Source: Takakia lepidozioides (Eukaryota > Plantae > Bryophyta). Taken from it: a DNA stretch of 64,000 nt. The DNA lies in NCBI GenBank assembly GCA_030704615.1, contig CM060732.1, positions 75,640,001 to 75,704,000 of the forward strand. Direction: 5' to 3'. The position numbers and the translations under genes were made by a program. The notes under the pieces were generated by a model that saw only the letters and a program-made list of their open reading frames with translations, was not told the origin of the DNA and did not search any database. The first letter of the stretch is position 1. Every line of letters begins with the position of its first letter. This document shows, in pieces, positions 42,202 to 53,894 of this stretch.

Positions 42202-42866
42202 AGGGCAACCTCCTCATTGTCCTTGTCACTAATTCTTACACTCTGATGGGTGAACACTTGGAAGATTTTAATTCTCTTACTCCGGCGAAAGCCCAATAAG
42301 ACTTCTTTCAGAAGTGTGAGGCTCAATGTGAGACAACAAATTCCAACAAGCTTTATTACTGGTTGTGAATCACCCTGTTTTTGGTGTCTTCCAGTGAGAT
42401 TTGTCCATTGTATTTCCTTCAGTGTTCTTCGTTACCTCTTGTAATCAAAGTAGTCTCAACTACTAACGATTCAAAGTTTCATAGTAGGTTCCAGGAAATT
42501 TGGAGATTCAATCACATGTGAAGATGCCAATCCTCTGGTGCACACTGAACCTCAAGCGGTAGCCCCTACCTGAATGGGACCATGCTCACCAGAGGGTTCA
42601 GGTAATTCACGCCTCTCCTGAACCCTCCATTGAAGTGGCCATGGCCTGTGCTGGGTTACAAAAATTCACCCAGTGTTCACTGGGTTTCACATTCTGTTTG
42701 CACTCAATCATGTATGACTACAAATGTAGTACTATCTAAGAAAGTCCCATCGTGTTGACCAGAAAGTCATTGTTGTCCACATCTTGCCAATGTGAACATG
42801 ACCCAGCAAGAATTGTAGCTCCACATAGTCTGCACTACACAATCCTCAATTGTAACCTTTGCTTCT

Positions 42867-43240
42867 TCAGTACTTGCACAATCTTTTCACAATCTTTTCA
42901 CTACAAACAGTGATGTGGCCCTGTACATGACCTAGGTGGTTTGAAGGCAGTCTTGTTGAAGGGTAGTGACCATTACACTTGCCCACACGAACAATGACAT
43001 CATCAATTGGCACCTCAGCATACCCCTCCACCAGCCTGGTGCCTTCAAGTGTAACAAGCCTCAAAAGGCAATGGGCTCTCTTGCTTTCGCAAAACATAGT
43101 AAGACTAGGGAGCATGACTCAGCACGACACACCAATCGGTGCCTTCACATGGTGTAGGGTCCTTGACCACATTTTCTCCGTTGACTTGAACATGGTGTGT
43201 AGTCTCTCTCTACAAGAGAGCCAACAAACACGCTTCACCC
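42867..43240 (-). pseudogene. Possible relic of a CACTA TnpA/Tnp1-like domain
   Basis: EGYAEVPIDDVIV...LPSNHLGHVQGHITV and GENVVKDPT loosely resemble Tnp1-type domain patterns. Weak and fragmentary. Confidence 0.25.
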
Positions 43241-44061
43241 TGCTTTACTATTGGAGACTGGCTCCACCAAGTTGCATTGCTTCAAGGCAAGTATATAGTC
43301 TAACCCAACCTCTTTGCAGTATCACACACCAAAAGGCACAATATGAGGATATCGATTACCAGAGGCCTCCTATGGACAGCCATATGTTAATCAAACAGTT
43401 TAGATACAGCATAGCAACAGGTTTGTATAAACTCAAACCTAAACTCCACCTTCAAGTGGCATGTGCATTCTTCTTGTGCCTTCTTTCTTGTTCCATCAGA
43501 AGTGAATAGATGAGAAATTAGGACAGAAGCAGCACAGGACAGCATGTGGAATGGGGTGTATGACAAACAGAAAGCGAGCCTGATTCAAACCCAAGTAGCA
43601 GACATCGTATGGTCACACCATATTGGAATGTAGAGAATATGGCTAGCGAAATCAGGGGATAGCCAACAATTCATAAATACCTTTTTGTTCGCAGGTTGAG
43701 AACATGTGAAGATCACCCCCTTTACACCTAGCACCTGTCGCTACAGGAAATTTAAGAACTCTTTCTCACTCGCGCCCAATCTTTTCTTTGAGCCACAAAT
43801 GTGTTAGTCCAACGACAGCCATGTGTCACATCCGCCACCAAATCAGCAGTTAAAGCAGCAGTGCAGGCATCCATGCAATTTCAGTCTCAGTTTCTCCTCC
43901 TGGTGCATAGACCCCACAATTCGCTCTCTTGAGGATTGCTATGCCACAGAGGAATGTCCTCAACAATACATCACAGACACCATTCGCAGGGAGAAAATAA
44001 TGAACCAAGGAGAGTAATCAATGAAGCAAGACACTCTCACCTTTCAAAAAGAAACATCGTT

Positions 44062-47001
44062 TCACCAGTACTCCCCACAAGAACACACCCCATCTTCAAA
44101 GTGGTGAAAGCGGTTGGCATCCCGTACAATAATTGCTCGTCCAACAATCTTTGAGATGAACTTAGTGGCCGTGTGGCAGTCACCACATACCCGAAGGTTC
44201 TTGATGATTCGAAGAGGCGTCCCTGGGGCCGTGCTGATCAGCCCAAAAGCAATGGCCAGCTTCTCACTGTGATGGCAAAGACAAAATTCCTTTGCCTCCT
44301 CCTCCACATCATGCAACACAAAGCGCGTGTCAGACACATATCCCTCCTCCTTCATCTGCCAAGACAATCTTCTCAGCTCGGCGTGGATTTCCTCAATCTG
44401 TGGATGCAAGTTGTCATCTACTACAAAAGTGTGCACCCCATTGCCAATCTCAATGGAGCAGCGACCTGGCTGCTTTCTGACACCTCTGACTTCCATCATT
44501 TTCCTCACCTTTGCAGTATCATCCCACCTGCCAGCTTCGGCATAAATATTTGATAACAATACATAAGATGGAGCATCCTGTTGATCCCACTTGAGAATAG
44601 ATTTTGCCGCGCGTTCTGCCACCTCCACATTGCCATGAATTCTGCAGGCACCAAGCAAGGCTTTCCACACTACAGCATCTGGTTGGACTGGCATTTTGTT
44701 AATGAAGTCCTCAGCCTCATCCAACCACCCAGCACGGCCAACAAGGTCCACCATGCAGCCAACGTGCTCCACTGTAGGAATGAGGCCATAATCTCGATAT
44801 AGGGATTCAAAGTAGTGTCTGCCTTCATCCACTAGGCCCCCATGGCTACATGCTTGGAGAACACACATAAAGGTGATGTTGTTTGGCTTCAAGCCTTCCT
44901 TTTGCATTCCTTCAAGTAATTGCAGGGCCTCCCTACTACAACCATGCTGGGCATATCCTGCAATCATCGCATTCCATGACACCACGTTTCGTTCAGCCAT
45001 ATTATCAAATACTCCCCTTGCATCCTCAATGCTCCCGCATTTGGCATACATGTCCAAGAGGGTATTGCTCAGAATGAAACCTGGGACGATGTCCGCTTTC
45101 ATGATGTCAACATGGACCTCTTTGCCCTTTTCCAGGGCAGCCAAGCTCGCACACGCACTGCAAATGCAAACAAACGTCACCTGGTCAGGCTGCACCCCTT
45201 CCCACATCATTTGTCCATAGGTCTCCAAAGCCTCCATTCCGCACCCCTGCTGGGCATATCCTGCAATCATTGCACTCCATGACACCACATTTCGTTCAGC
45301 CATATTGTTGAAAACTCTCCTTGCATCCTCAATGCTCCCGCATTTCGCATACATGTCTACAAGTGTCGTGTTCAGAATCATATTTGGTACAAGTCCAGCC
45401 TTTATGATGTCAGCATGGACCCCTTTGCCCTGCTCAAGGGCGGTGAGACTCGCACACGCATTGCAAACACACACAAACGTGACCTGGTCTGGCTTGATCC
45501 CTTCCTGTATCATCTGCTCATAGATATTCAAAGCCTCAATGCTGCGCCCATGCCGAGCATACCCTGCAATTATCACATTCCATGACACCACATTACGTTG
45601 AGCCATATTGTTGAACACTTCCTTTGCATACTCAATGCTCCCGCATTTGGCATACATGTCCATAAGGGTATTATCCAAGATGACATTTGGCACAATGCCA
45701 GCATTCATGATGTCAGCATGGACCTCTTTGCCCTTTTCCACAACTGTCAGGCTGGCACAAGCCTTAAGAACGCACACAAAGGTAACCTGGTTGGGTGTCA
45801 CCCCTTCTCGCATCATTTGCTCATAGGTCTCCAAAGCCTCCATCCCACACCCATGCTGAGCATATCCTGCAATCATCACACTCCATGACACCACATTTTG
45901 TTCAGCCATACTGTTAAATACTTCGTTCGCATCCTCCATACTCCCACATTTCGCATACATGTCCACAAGGGCAGTGTCCAAGATTATATTTGGCACAATT
46001 CCAGCTTTCATGATGTCAGCATGGACCTCTTTGCCCTTTTCCAGGGCTCCCAGGCTGGCACATGCCTTGAGAACACAAACGAATGTGACCTGGTTGGGTG
46101 TCACCCCTTCCCGTATCATTTGCTCATAGGTCTCCAAAGCCTCCAGTCCGCACCCATGCTGGGCAAATCCTGCAATCATTGCACTCCATGACACCACATT
46201 TCGTCCAGCCATATTTTCAAACACTCCCTTTGCATCCTTGATGCTCCCACATTTGGAATACATGTCCACCAGGGTGGTGTCCAAGATGATATTTGGCATG
46301 AGTCCAGCTTTTATGATGTTAGAATGGACCTCTTTGCCCTTTTCCAGGGCTGCAAGGCTGGTACACGCCTTGAGAATGCAAACATATGTGATCTGGTTGG
46401 GTTTCAACCCTTCCCACATCATTTGTTCATAACTCTCTAAGGCATTCCTACCAAGCCCATGCTTGGTATATCCTGCTATCATTACAGTCCACGAACATGT
46501 ATTTCGTTTTGGCATTTTGTCAAACACTCGGCATGCATCCACAATGCTGCCGCACTTGACATACATGTGGACAAGGGTGTTGTGTAGGGAGATACTTGGC
46601 TTAAATCCATTTTGGATAATGTGGGCATGAACCTGCTTTCCCACTGCTAGGCCTTCTATCTTGATGCACTCATGCAAGAGACAGATGTATGTATCAGAGT
46701 CTACAGAAATGCCTCTTTGGTTCAAAATGTGCAAAGCCTCTTTCAGTTGTCCTGCCTCACATAGTGTCCTCAAATGCACACACGTGTCACAAGAGATCTC
46801 ATGTACTCCCTCTCTTGGTTTTTTTCCAGACAAAGTGGTCACAGTGGAGGTGCCTAATTCTATCACCTGTGCTACTGCTGCTGCCAGTTGACCATCTACC
46901 CAGGGGTTTCTGTAGCTATCAATGAACAGTCGCTTGTAGGTACACTTGTGTTTGAATTCCGTCCTCTTGGATGGATCTGCACCCACACTCCGTCGCTTCA
47001 T
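44062..47001 (-). CDS. PLS-PPR-E-DYW C-to-U RNA editing factor (paralogue 1); PPR-DYW frame intact but uncoupled from its upstream PDF exons
   Basis: L-S, five P1-L1-S1 triplets, P2-L2-S2, E1/E2, PG box (KQPGRCSIE), HSEKLA, CGDCH and terminal CSCGEYW. First in-frame ATG at 47001. Confidence 0.9.
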   Translation of the reverse strand: MKRRSVGADPSKRTEFKHKCTYKRLFIDSYRNPWVDGQLAAAVAQVIELGTSTVTTLSGKKPREGVHEISCDTCVHLRTLCEAGQLKEALHILNQRGISVDSDTYICLLHECIKIEGLAVGKQVHAHIIQNGFKPSISLHNTLVHMYVKCGSIVDACRVFDKMPKRNTCSWTVMIAGYTKHGLGRNALESYEQMMWEGLKPNQITYVCILKACTSLAALEKGKEVHSNIIKAGLMPNIILDTTLVDMYSKCGSIKDAKGVFENMAGRNVVSWSAMIAGFAQHGCGLEALETYEQMIREGVTPNQVTFVCVLKACASLGALEKGKEVHADIMKAGIVPNIILDTALVDMYAKCGSMEDANEVFNSMAEQNVVSWSVMIAGYAQHGCGMEALETYEQMMREGVTPNQVTFVCVLKACASLTVVEKGKEVHADIMNAGIVPNVILDNTLMDMYAKCGSIEYAKEVFNNMAQRNVVSWNVIIAGYARHGRSIEALNIYEQMIQEGIKPDQVTFVCVCNACASLTALEQGKGVHADIIKAGLVPNMILNTTLVDMYAKCGSIEDARRVFNNMAERNVVSWSAMIAGYAQQGCGMEALETYGQMMWEGVQPDQVTFVCICSACASLAALEKGKEVHVDIMKADIVPGFILSNTLLDMYAKCGSIEDARGVFDNMAERNVVSWNAMIAGYAQHGCSREALQLLEGMQKEGLKPNNITFMCVLQACSHGGLVDEGRHYFESLYRDYGLIPTVEHVGCMVDLVGRAGWLDEAEDFINKMPVQPDAVVWKALLGACRIHGNVEVAERAAKSILKWDQQDAPSYVLLSNIYAEAGRWDDTAKVRKMMEVRGVRKQPGRCSIEIGNGVHTFVVDDNLHPQIEEIHAELRRLSWQMKEEGYVSDTRFVLHDVEEEAKEFCLCHHSEKLAIAFGLISTAPGTPLRIIKNLRVCGDCHTATKFISKIVGRAIIVRDANRFHHFEDGVCSCGEYW

Positions 47002-47876
47002 CCTTTCCCTGCCCAACAACGAGAATGCACACATCCTCCCCCGTGCTGCTAAAAGCTGATGATGACAACTTCAATTCTATATAGCAAACATCACAAGCCT
47101 CACAAAACACTAGTTCCTACGCTGCATTGCTGACAAGCCAGTAATTGAGTTGGGGAGGAGAGGGAGGATGACAATTTGCGAGAAAAAAATTTAAATGCCT
47201 CTTGCTGTCTGCTTCTACTTCTGCTTCTGCTGTAGCATAACAGGCATTCACCTTTCTGCCTCGATTGTCCCAGCAATGACTAGGGTTTGAAAAATATTTT
47301 CCACGACGCTTCTCATCTCTGCATTCAGCTTTTGGATATTTGCCTGCAATCCCATTGGCAGCAACATGTCAAAGAAATTCGAACGATCCATACAACGAGC
47401 TTATAAACCCATGATGAACAAAATTGATAAGGGGACAAAACAAGACTAAATGTGTTGAAGAAGAAGGTGGCCTCACCACATCGTGGTTCCCCTTGAGTCA
47501 TGTAAGCTAACGATTCTTTCACCCAAGGAGGATTCAACCCATCCCCAATCCGTAGGACTTTTCGTGCAGGCTGCTGGTGTCTGTAGTCCAGTGATCTTGG
47601 ATTGGTCTGTGAACATGATGCAGCTGAGAGCCATAAATTTTAAACAAAGTCTCCTAAACACCTTGTACACACCAGGAGAAACCCTTCAGCAATGCATTTT
47701 CATGGCCTGCTTAGGAACCACAACAAAAGATGCCAACAGAAAAACCACTTTTTGGCAGAACAGGCAATTCACATCATACATGGAGAAAAGCCACACCTTG
47801 GCATCGCGCTTGTCCCACCATTGTGGAGGAGCTTTACAGAACTCTTGTCAGAGCCGCTCCATGCTCCATGCTTGAC
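46960..47876 (-). pseudogene. Disabled PDF-motif exons of paralogue 1
   Basis: Exon 47876-47797: SMERL*QEFCKAPPQWWDKRDAK (TGA at 47850-47848). Exon 47606-47477: TNPRSLDYRH..NPPWVKESL. Exon 47343-47252: FSNPSHCWDNRGRK. Acceptor at 46976, followed by a 1-nt deletion in IHPRG[P]EFKHK. Confidence 0.8.
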
Positions 47877-48082
47877 CTCAAAACATTGGCAGGTCCCTCT
47901 ATGCAGGGGTGCTGTAGAGCTTTCAACAACATTCATTCTGGGTTCTATATGAAGTAACACAATGAGGAACACACAAACGTGTCCAAACTTACAAATGCTA
48001 CAAAAGCTTGGGCACGACAAGGCTGCCCTTCCAGAGATGCATTCCCATCCACACCCACTGAACCTGAATCCACTAGACAACA

Positions 48083-48217
48083 ATGGGTGAGGAGGCTTCC
48101 ATCAGCACCAACTCACCCGCTAACCCATCATTATCTGTCGGAGACCATTATCTCAATTGTTGGTAATGAATAGTGGGCAGAGATATTATGGTCAGCTGAT
48201 GGAAACCCTTCACCCAC
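48083..48217. repeat. Short inverted repeat / MITE-like element between head-to-head paralogues 1 and 2
   Basis: tgggtgaggaggcttccatcagc (about 48084-48106) vs gctgatggaaacccttcaccca (about 48195-48216). Confidence 0.6.
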
Positions 48218-48471
48218 TATTTCCTGGCGAGCCTTGATGTAAAAGAGTGGAATCAGGGTGGCGGGGTGTAGATGGAAACGCACTGTAATTGGCTCATTGC
48301 TAGTCAAGCTTCAAAAGAGCTCCACTATCCACACCAGTATGCGCCGTAGGATCCAGGCTTGGAATTGGAATTTCTGCTGCAATGCAGCAGAAACTAATGC
48401 TCTGGGCAGCGAAGCAGGGAAGCACAGGGGATAGTTAGACAACGCGGGTAATTGTTCTATCTAAAACGTAG

Positions 48472-51400
48472 GTCAACGCAGGAGCATGAACCGGCGCTGG
48501 TTAAAGATCCTTCACAATGGTCCATAAAGGAAACTGTCAAAGTGTTGATGCTGTCAGAATTTCGGGCCCGAAGGTCTACCGAGGAGTATGGAGCAGTGCT
48601 GGCATGAGGTTCTTGAAGATCCTTCACAATGGCTGGACAACCACAATGGCAAGGTACTGTATGATGTGAAGAAGTTTCTGTTTTGCAAAAGTGGCTCGTC
48701 TTGTCAGTAGCGTGAATTGTACTTTTTCCTGGTGCACTTGGGAGGGTGGGCTTGGTCTTAGGAGGCCATGTTTACATCTATGGCTGCTCAGGTGCACCGC
48801 GGTGGTTCTCACAGACCAATCCAAGATCACCTGATAACAGACACGAGCAGCACAGACAAGAGATCCTTTGGATTCAGGGTTGGTTGAATCCTCCTTGGGT
48901 GAAGGAACAGCTAGCTGTTTCCATGATTCAAGGTCAAGGACAATCTGGTGAGGTCACCTTCTTCTTCAACACATTTAGGCCTGTTTTGACCTCTTATCAG
49001 AATCGTCCCTAATTTTTTCATGTTGTACTCTGTAATTTAGCTCGTTGGGTGACCTATGGTGGTTTGGAGTGATTTGTATGTTACTGCCACTGTGGCAACA
49101 GGCAAATATGCAAAAATGGTAAAGGGAGACGAGGAGAAGTTGTGGAAAGGATTTTTTCCAGACCCCAGTCAACGGTGGGAGAATCAAGTCAAAAAGGTGA
49201 ATGCGTGTTATGTTCGGGAGGCATCACAGAGCTTTCTTGCAAGTTGTCATCCTCCCTCTTTCCCTAACACATCTTTACAGCCTTGTCAGCAATTCAGCAT
49301 AGGAACTCTTGTGTAGTTAGTGGGGTTGGGGTGTTGAGTAGATAATTTTCGGTTGCATTGTCAGCTACAAGCAGCAAGAGGGAGTGTGTATGCATTATTG
49401 TTGTCAAGGCAGGAATAGCTGACGGAGGCACACATGGAGTGTGGGTCCAGATCTGTCAGAGAGGGCCTGATTTCAAGCACAACAGTACCAACAAACCGCT
49501 GCGGATTGATAGCTACAAAAAACCTGCTTGGGTAGATGGCCAACTGGAACTTGCACCAGCACAGTTGATAGTTTCAGGCACCTCGACCATGACCAGCGCT
49601 TCTGAAAGAGGACCAAGAGAGGGAGTCCACAAGATCTTTTCTGGCACATTCGGGCATGTGAGGACACTATGTGAGGCAGGACAACTGAAAGAGGCTCTGC
49701 ACATATTGAACCAAGGAGGCATTTCAGCAGACTCTGATACTTATGTCTGTCTCTTGCGTAATTGCATCAAGATGAAAGGCCTAGCAGCCGGAAAGCAAGT
49801 GCACGCCCACATTATCCAAAATGGATTCAAGCCAAATATGTTTCTCTACAACACCCTTGTCAACATGTATGTCAAATGTGGGAGCATCTCAGATGCACAC
49901 CGAGCGTTTAAGAAAATGTCTGAACGAAATATGTTTTCCTGGAATACAATGATAGCAGGATATACCGAGCATGGGTGTGGTAGGAATGCCTTAGAGACCT
50001 ATGAGCAAATGATACAGGAAGGGATGAAGCCTGACCAGGTCACTTTTATCTGCGTTCTCAAGGTGTGTGCAAGCCTGGGAGCCCTTCGAAAGGGCAAAGA
50101 GGTGCATGCTCACATCATCAAAGCTGGATTTGTACCAAATATGATTCTGAATACTACTCTTATGGACATGTATGCCAAATGTGGGAGCATTGAGGATGCA
50201 AAGGCAGTGTTTTACAGTATGGCTGAACGAAGTGTGGTGTCGTGGAATGTGATGATCGCAGGATATGCCCGGCATGGGTGTGGGATGGCAGCTTTGGAGA
50301 CATATGAGCAAATGATTCAGGATGAGGTGGAGCCGGACCAGATCACGTTCGTGTGCGTACTCAAGGCCTGTGCCAGCTTGGCAGACCTGGAAAAGGGCAA
50401 AGTGGTCCATGCTGATATTCTAAAAGCTGGAATTGTGCCAAATATCATCTTGGACACTACCCTTGTGGATATGTACGCCAAATGTGGGAGCATTAAAGAT
50501 GCAAAGGAAGTGTTTGACCATATGACTGATCGAAATGTGGTGTCGTGGAACGCGATGATCGCTGGATATGCCCAGCATGGGTGTGGCATGGAAGCTTTCG
50601 AGATGTATGAACAAATGGTGAGGGACATGGTGAAGCCAGACCAAGTCACATTTGTTTGCATTTGCAATGCGTGCGGAAGCCTGGCAACCCTGGAAAAGGG
50701 CAATGAGGTCCATGCTGACATCATGAAAGCTGGAATTGTGCCAAATATCTTCTTGGAAAATGCTCTCGTGGACATGTATGCCAAATGCGGGAGCATCGAA
50801 GATGCAAAAGGAGTGTTTGACAATATGGCTGAACAAAATGTGGTGTCATGGAGTGCGATGATTGCAGGATATGCCCAGAATGGGAGCAATATAAAGGCTT
50901 TGGAGATGTATGAGCAGATGAAGCAGGAAGGTGTGACACCCAACCAGGTCACGTTTGTTTGCGTTCTCAAGGCGTGTGCCAGCCTGGCAGTCCTGGAAAA
51001 GGGCAAAGAGGTCCATGCTGACATCATGAAAGCTGGAATTGTGCCAAATATCTTCTTGGCGAATACCCTCTTGGACATGTATGCAACAAGCGGGAGCATC
51101 GAGGATGCGAAGGGAGTGTTTGACAATATGGCTGAACGAAATGTGGTGTCATGGAATGCAATGATGACAGGATATGCCCAGCATGGTTGTCATAGGGAGG
51201 CCCTGCAACTTTTTGAAAGAATGGAAAAGGAAGGCTTGAAACCAGACAGTATCACCTTCATATGTGTTCTCTCTGCATGTAGCCATGTTGGCCTAGTGGA
51301 TGAAGGTAGACACTATTTCGACTACTTGTGTCAAGATCATGACCTCACTCCTACAGTGGAGCACTTTGGCTGCATGGTGGACCTTCTGTGCCGTGCAGGG

Positions 51401-52016
51401 TGGTTGGTTGAGGCAGAATATTTCATGAACAAAATGCCAATCAAGCCAGATGCTGCGATGTGGATGGCCTTGCTTGCCGCCTGCAGAATGCATGGCAAAG
51501 TGGACATAGCAGAACGTGCAGCAAAATGTTTACTCTAGTGGGATCCACAGGAGGCCACTGGAGGTTTGTATTGCTGTCAAATACCTGCTCTGCAGCTGGC
51601 AGGTGGGAAGAAACTCTAAAGATATCATGATGAAGGTCAGAGACCTGGTTTTTGCTTCTGCAATGGGTTTGGGAACAGGGTGCACTTTCTCATGGCAGAT
51701 GACAATTGAAATTGAGGAAACTCCATGCTGAGCTGAGAAGATTGTCGGAGCTGATGAAGGAGGCAGGGTGTACATGTGCTTTGTATTGCTGGACTTGGAC
51801 AAGTAGAAGGAATATTTCTCTTTGCCCCCAGAGTGAGAAGCTGGCGATTGCTGTTGGGCTGATCAGCACATGCTGTGTGACACCCATACATGTCATCAAG
51901 AACCTTTGGGTGCCACGACATTCATCCCGAAGACTGGGGGGAGCAATCTTCATACGGTATGCCTACCACTTGGCCAATTTGAAGAGCGGATTTGTTCTTG
52001 TGGGCAGCACTGGTGA
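48472..52016 (+). pseudogene. PDF-PLS-PPR paralogue 2 with decayed E/DYW (truncated protein or pseudogene)
   Basis: Broken PDF1 exon at 48472. In-frame exons at 48574-48653, 48815-48947, 49102-49196 and 49451-51538 (ICQRGPDFKHNSTNKPLRIDSYKKPAWV). Four triplets plus P2-L2-S2, then TAG at 51536-51538 within E1. Frameshifted DYW relic with QSEKLA, CxxC deleted, ending CSCGQHW at 52016. Confidence 0.85.
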
Positions 52017-53894
52017 AACTATGTTTGGTTGTGAGTCAGTGTTGTGCCAGTAGAAAGTTTTCATACCCAGTGGTTACTTGCATTTTTTTTTAATTTTTTT
52101 ATGTCACGCATGCGGCATAAACTCAGACCGGATGGGTAGTCTAAACTGATTCTAGATGGTTATCAATAACGTGAGAAAGAATCTGCGGACAAAAGCCAGA
52201 GTCTTAAAATGTAAGGCCTCGTAAAAAACTTATCTTTATTCCACTCATAAATACTCTTTGGTGGCTGTGACAGAGGCAGTTAACGCTTGACAGCTGATGA
52301 ATAGTAGGGGTCCAAGGAGATCACAATATGGGAATCTCTCTCAAGAGTCCTCCATGTATTTATAAGGTCTAGCTTGATAACCAGACCCCTGTTTTCTATT
52401 GGATTAAGTAAATGCTTTCAAAATTATATTCCCGCTTGGTATCAATCCCTGGTGGGTACTGGAAATTTTAGGACCCGCCAATCTTGGCTGTGCACTGTAT
52501 TGTAAAGGTCAAGTGTTCTAAGTCAATAGGTTTTCCTTAAGAACCATGATAGGAGGCTGTAAGGTTTACCTAGACTATCCACCTGGACATCCCCAATGGG
52601 CAGGCTAAAATGACAACGGGTTCACTAAGAATATTGTGACGCCTTTCTTCTAGAGTCTGATCTGAGATGCTCCTCCTCAATAGGTTCTAACTAAGTGAGG
52701 GGTAACTCTTGAACTACAGAGAATAAGCAATTTTGGGCTCTACCCACCAGGAGGATGGGAGCAAACCAGTATGCTCTGGTGGCTGTCATTGGACTGCAAA
52801 GCCTATCTGAAAGGAGGGAGGGAGAGAGAGAGAGTTAGTTGATCAGGTCTATTGCTATGGTGGAGATGAATCATGGTCAGAGGTTGTCTACATTCAGTAC
52901 TGCTTTCATCATCATGTGCCAACACAGGATACACCCTGTGTGCTACATGCTGCATATAGGGCTAGGCCATGCATACATTAAATCTTGCCATAGATCTCGT
53001 ACTGAATAGAGACAAGGGAGGAGAGGGCACAGTAGAACACTGAGAACCATGTGCCCAAGACTTTTGTGGTCAACTGAATGTTTCTTGTGAAAAGGATACA
53101 AGGCACTTTTGAGTGATCTTTGACAATGATTGAGCATGCATGGATCGGGAGTCTGAAAGACATTGTCCCCTTAATGGATTGATAGAGCTACACATTTTCT
53201 GTGCAAACTTCCTTTGCTCTCCTTTTCTCATTGCCAACACAAGTCATGATGGCGGAGATGCATAAGTGGCCATTTTTTTCTGTAAGCCACAATTGCTTTC
53301 TAGCAAAACCAGGAAAACCCAGTTACACAATGTCATGAGCTTACTGTTCATTTTATGTGTTTTACTCCAGAGGCATTGGGCTATGTCCATGGATGTCATG
53401 AAGTTCCAAGTTTCTTTTCATCCTTTCTTCCTTTCTATGTATCTAGATGTTCCCCCCTTTCCAATGGGGACTTGTGGGGAAGGATTTGTGTCGCTTTGTG
53501 AATGTTATTAGTTTTGTTTACTGCAATCAGTTTATGGATGTGGTTTGTTTTAACCTTGGGACTAGGCATTGCATCACCAATCCGTTGGATCAGGTACACA
53601 GTTGAATCAGGTACCATACACTGTTGTTGATATTAAAGAATATAAATGCTAGTAGCATCCATTGAAGCGCTGTTGCAAGAAAATGCCCCGGTTATGGTTG
53701 GTGTTCACCTTCCAAACATAAGGCAGTAGCCCAAAACATAACCTTTGTTTTGGCATGTGTCTTCTTTCGTACTCATCATATCAAAATGTTGGTGGAGAGC
53801 AAGTTGCTGCAATGCAACATTTTGTGCACTTAGATGCCTACATAGATGTAATGAATGAAGCAAGACACTCCAATCTTGAAAGAAAAGCATCATT

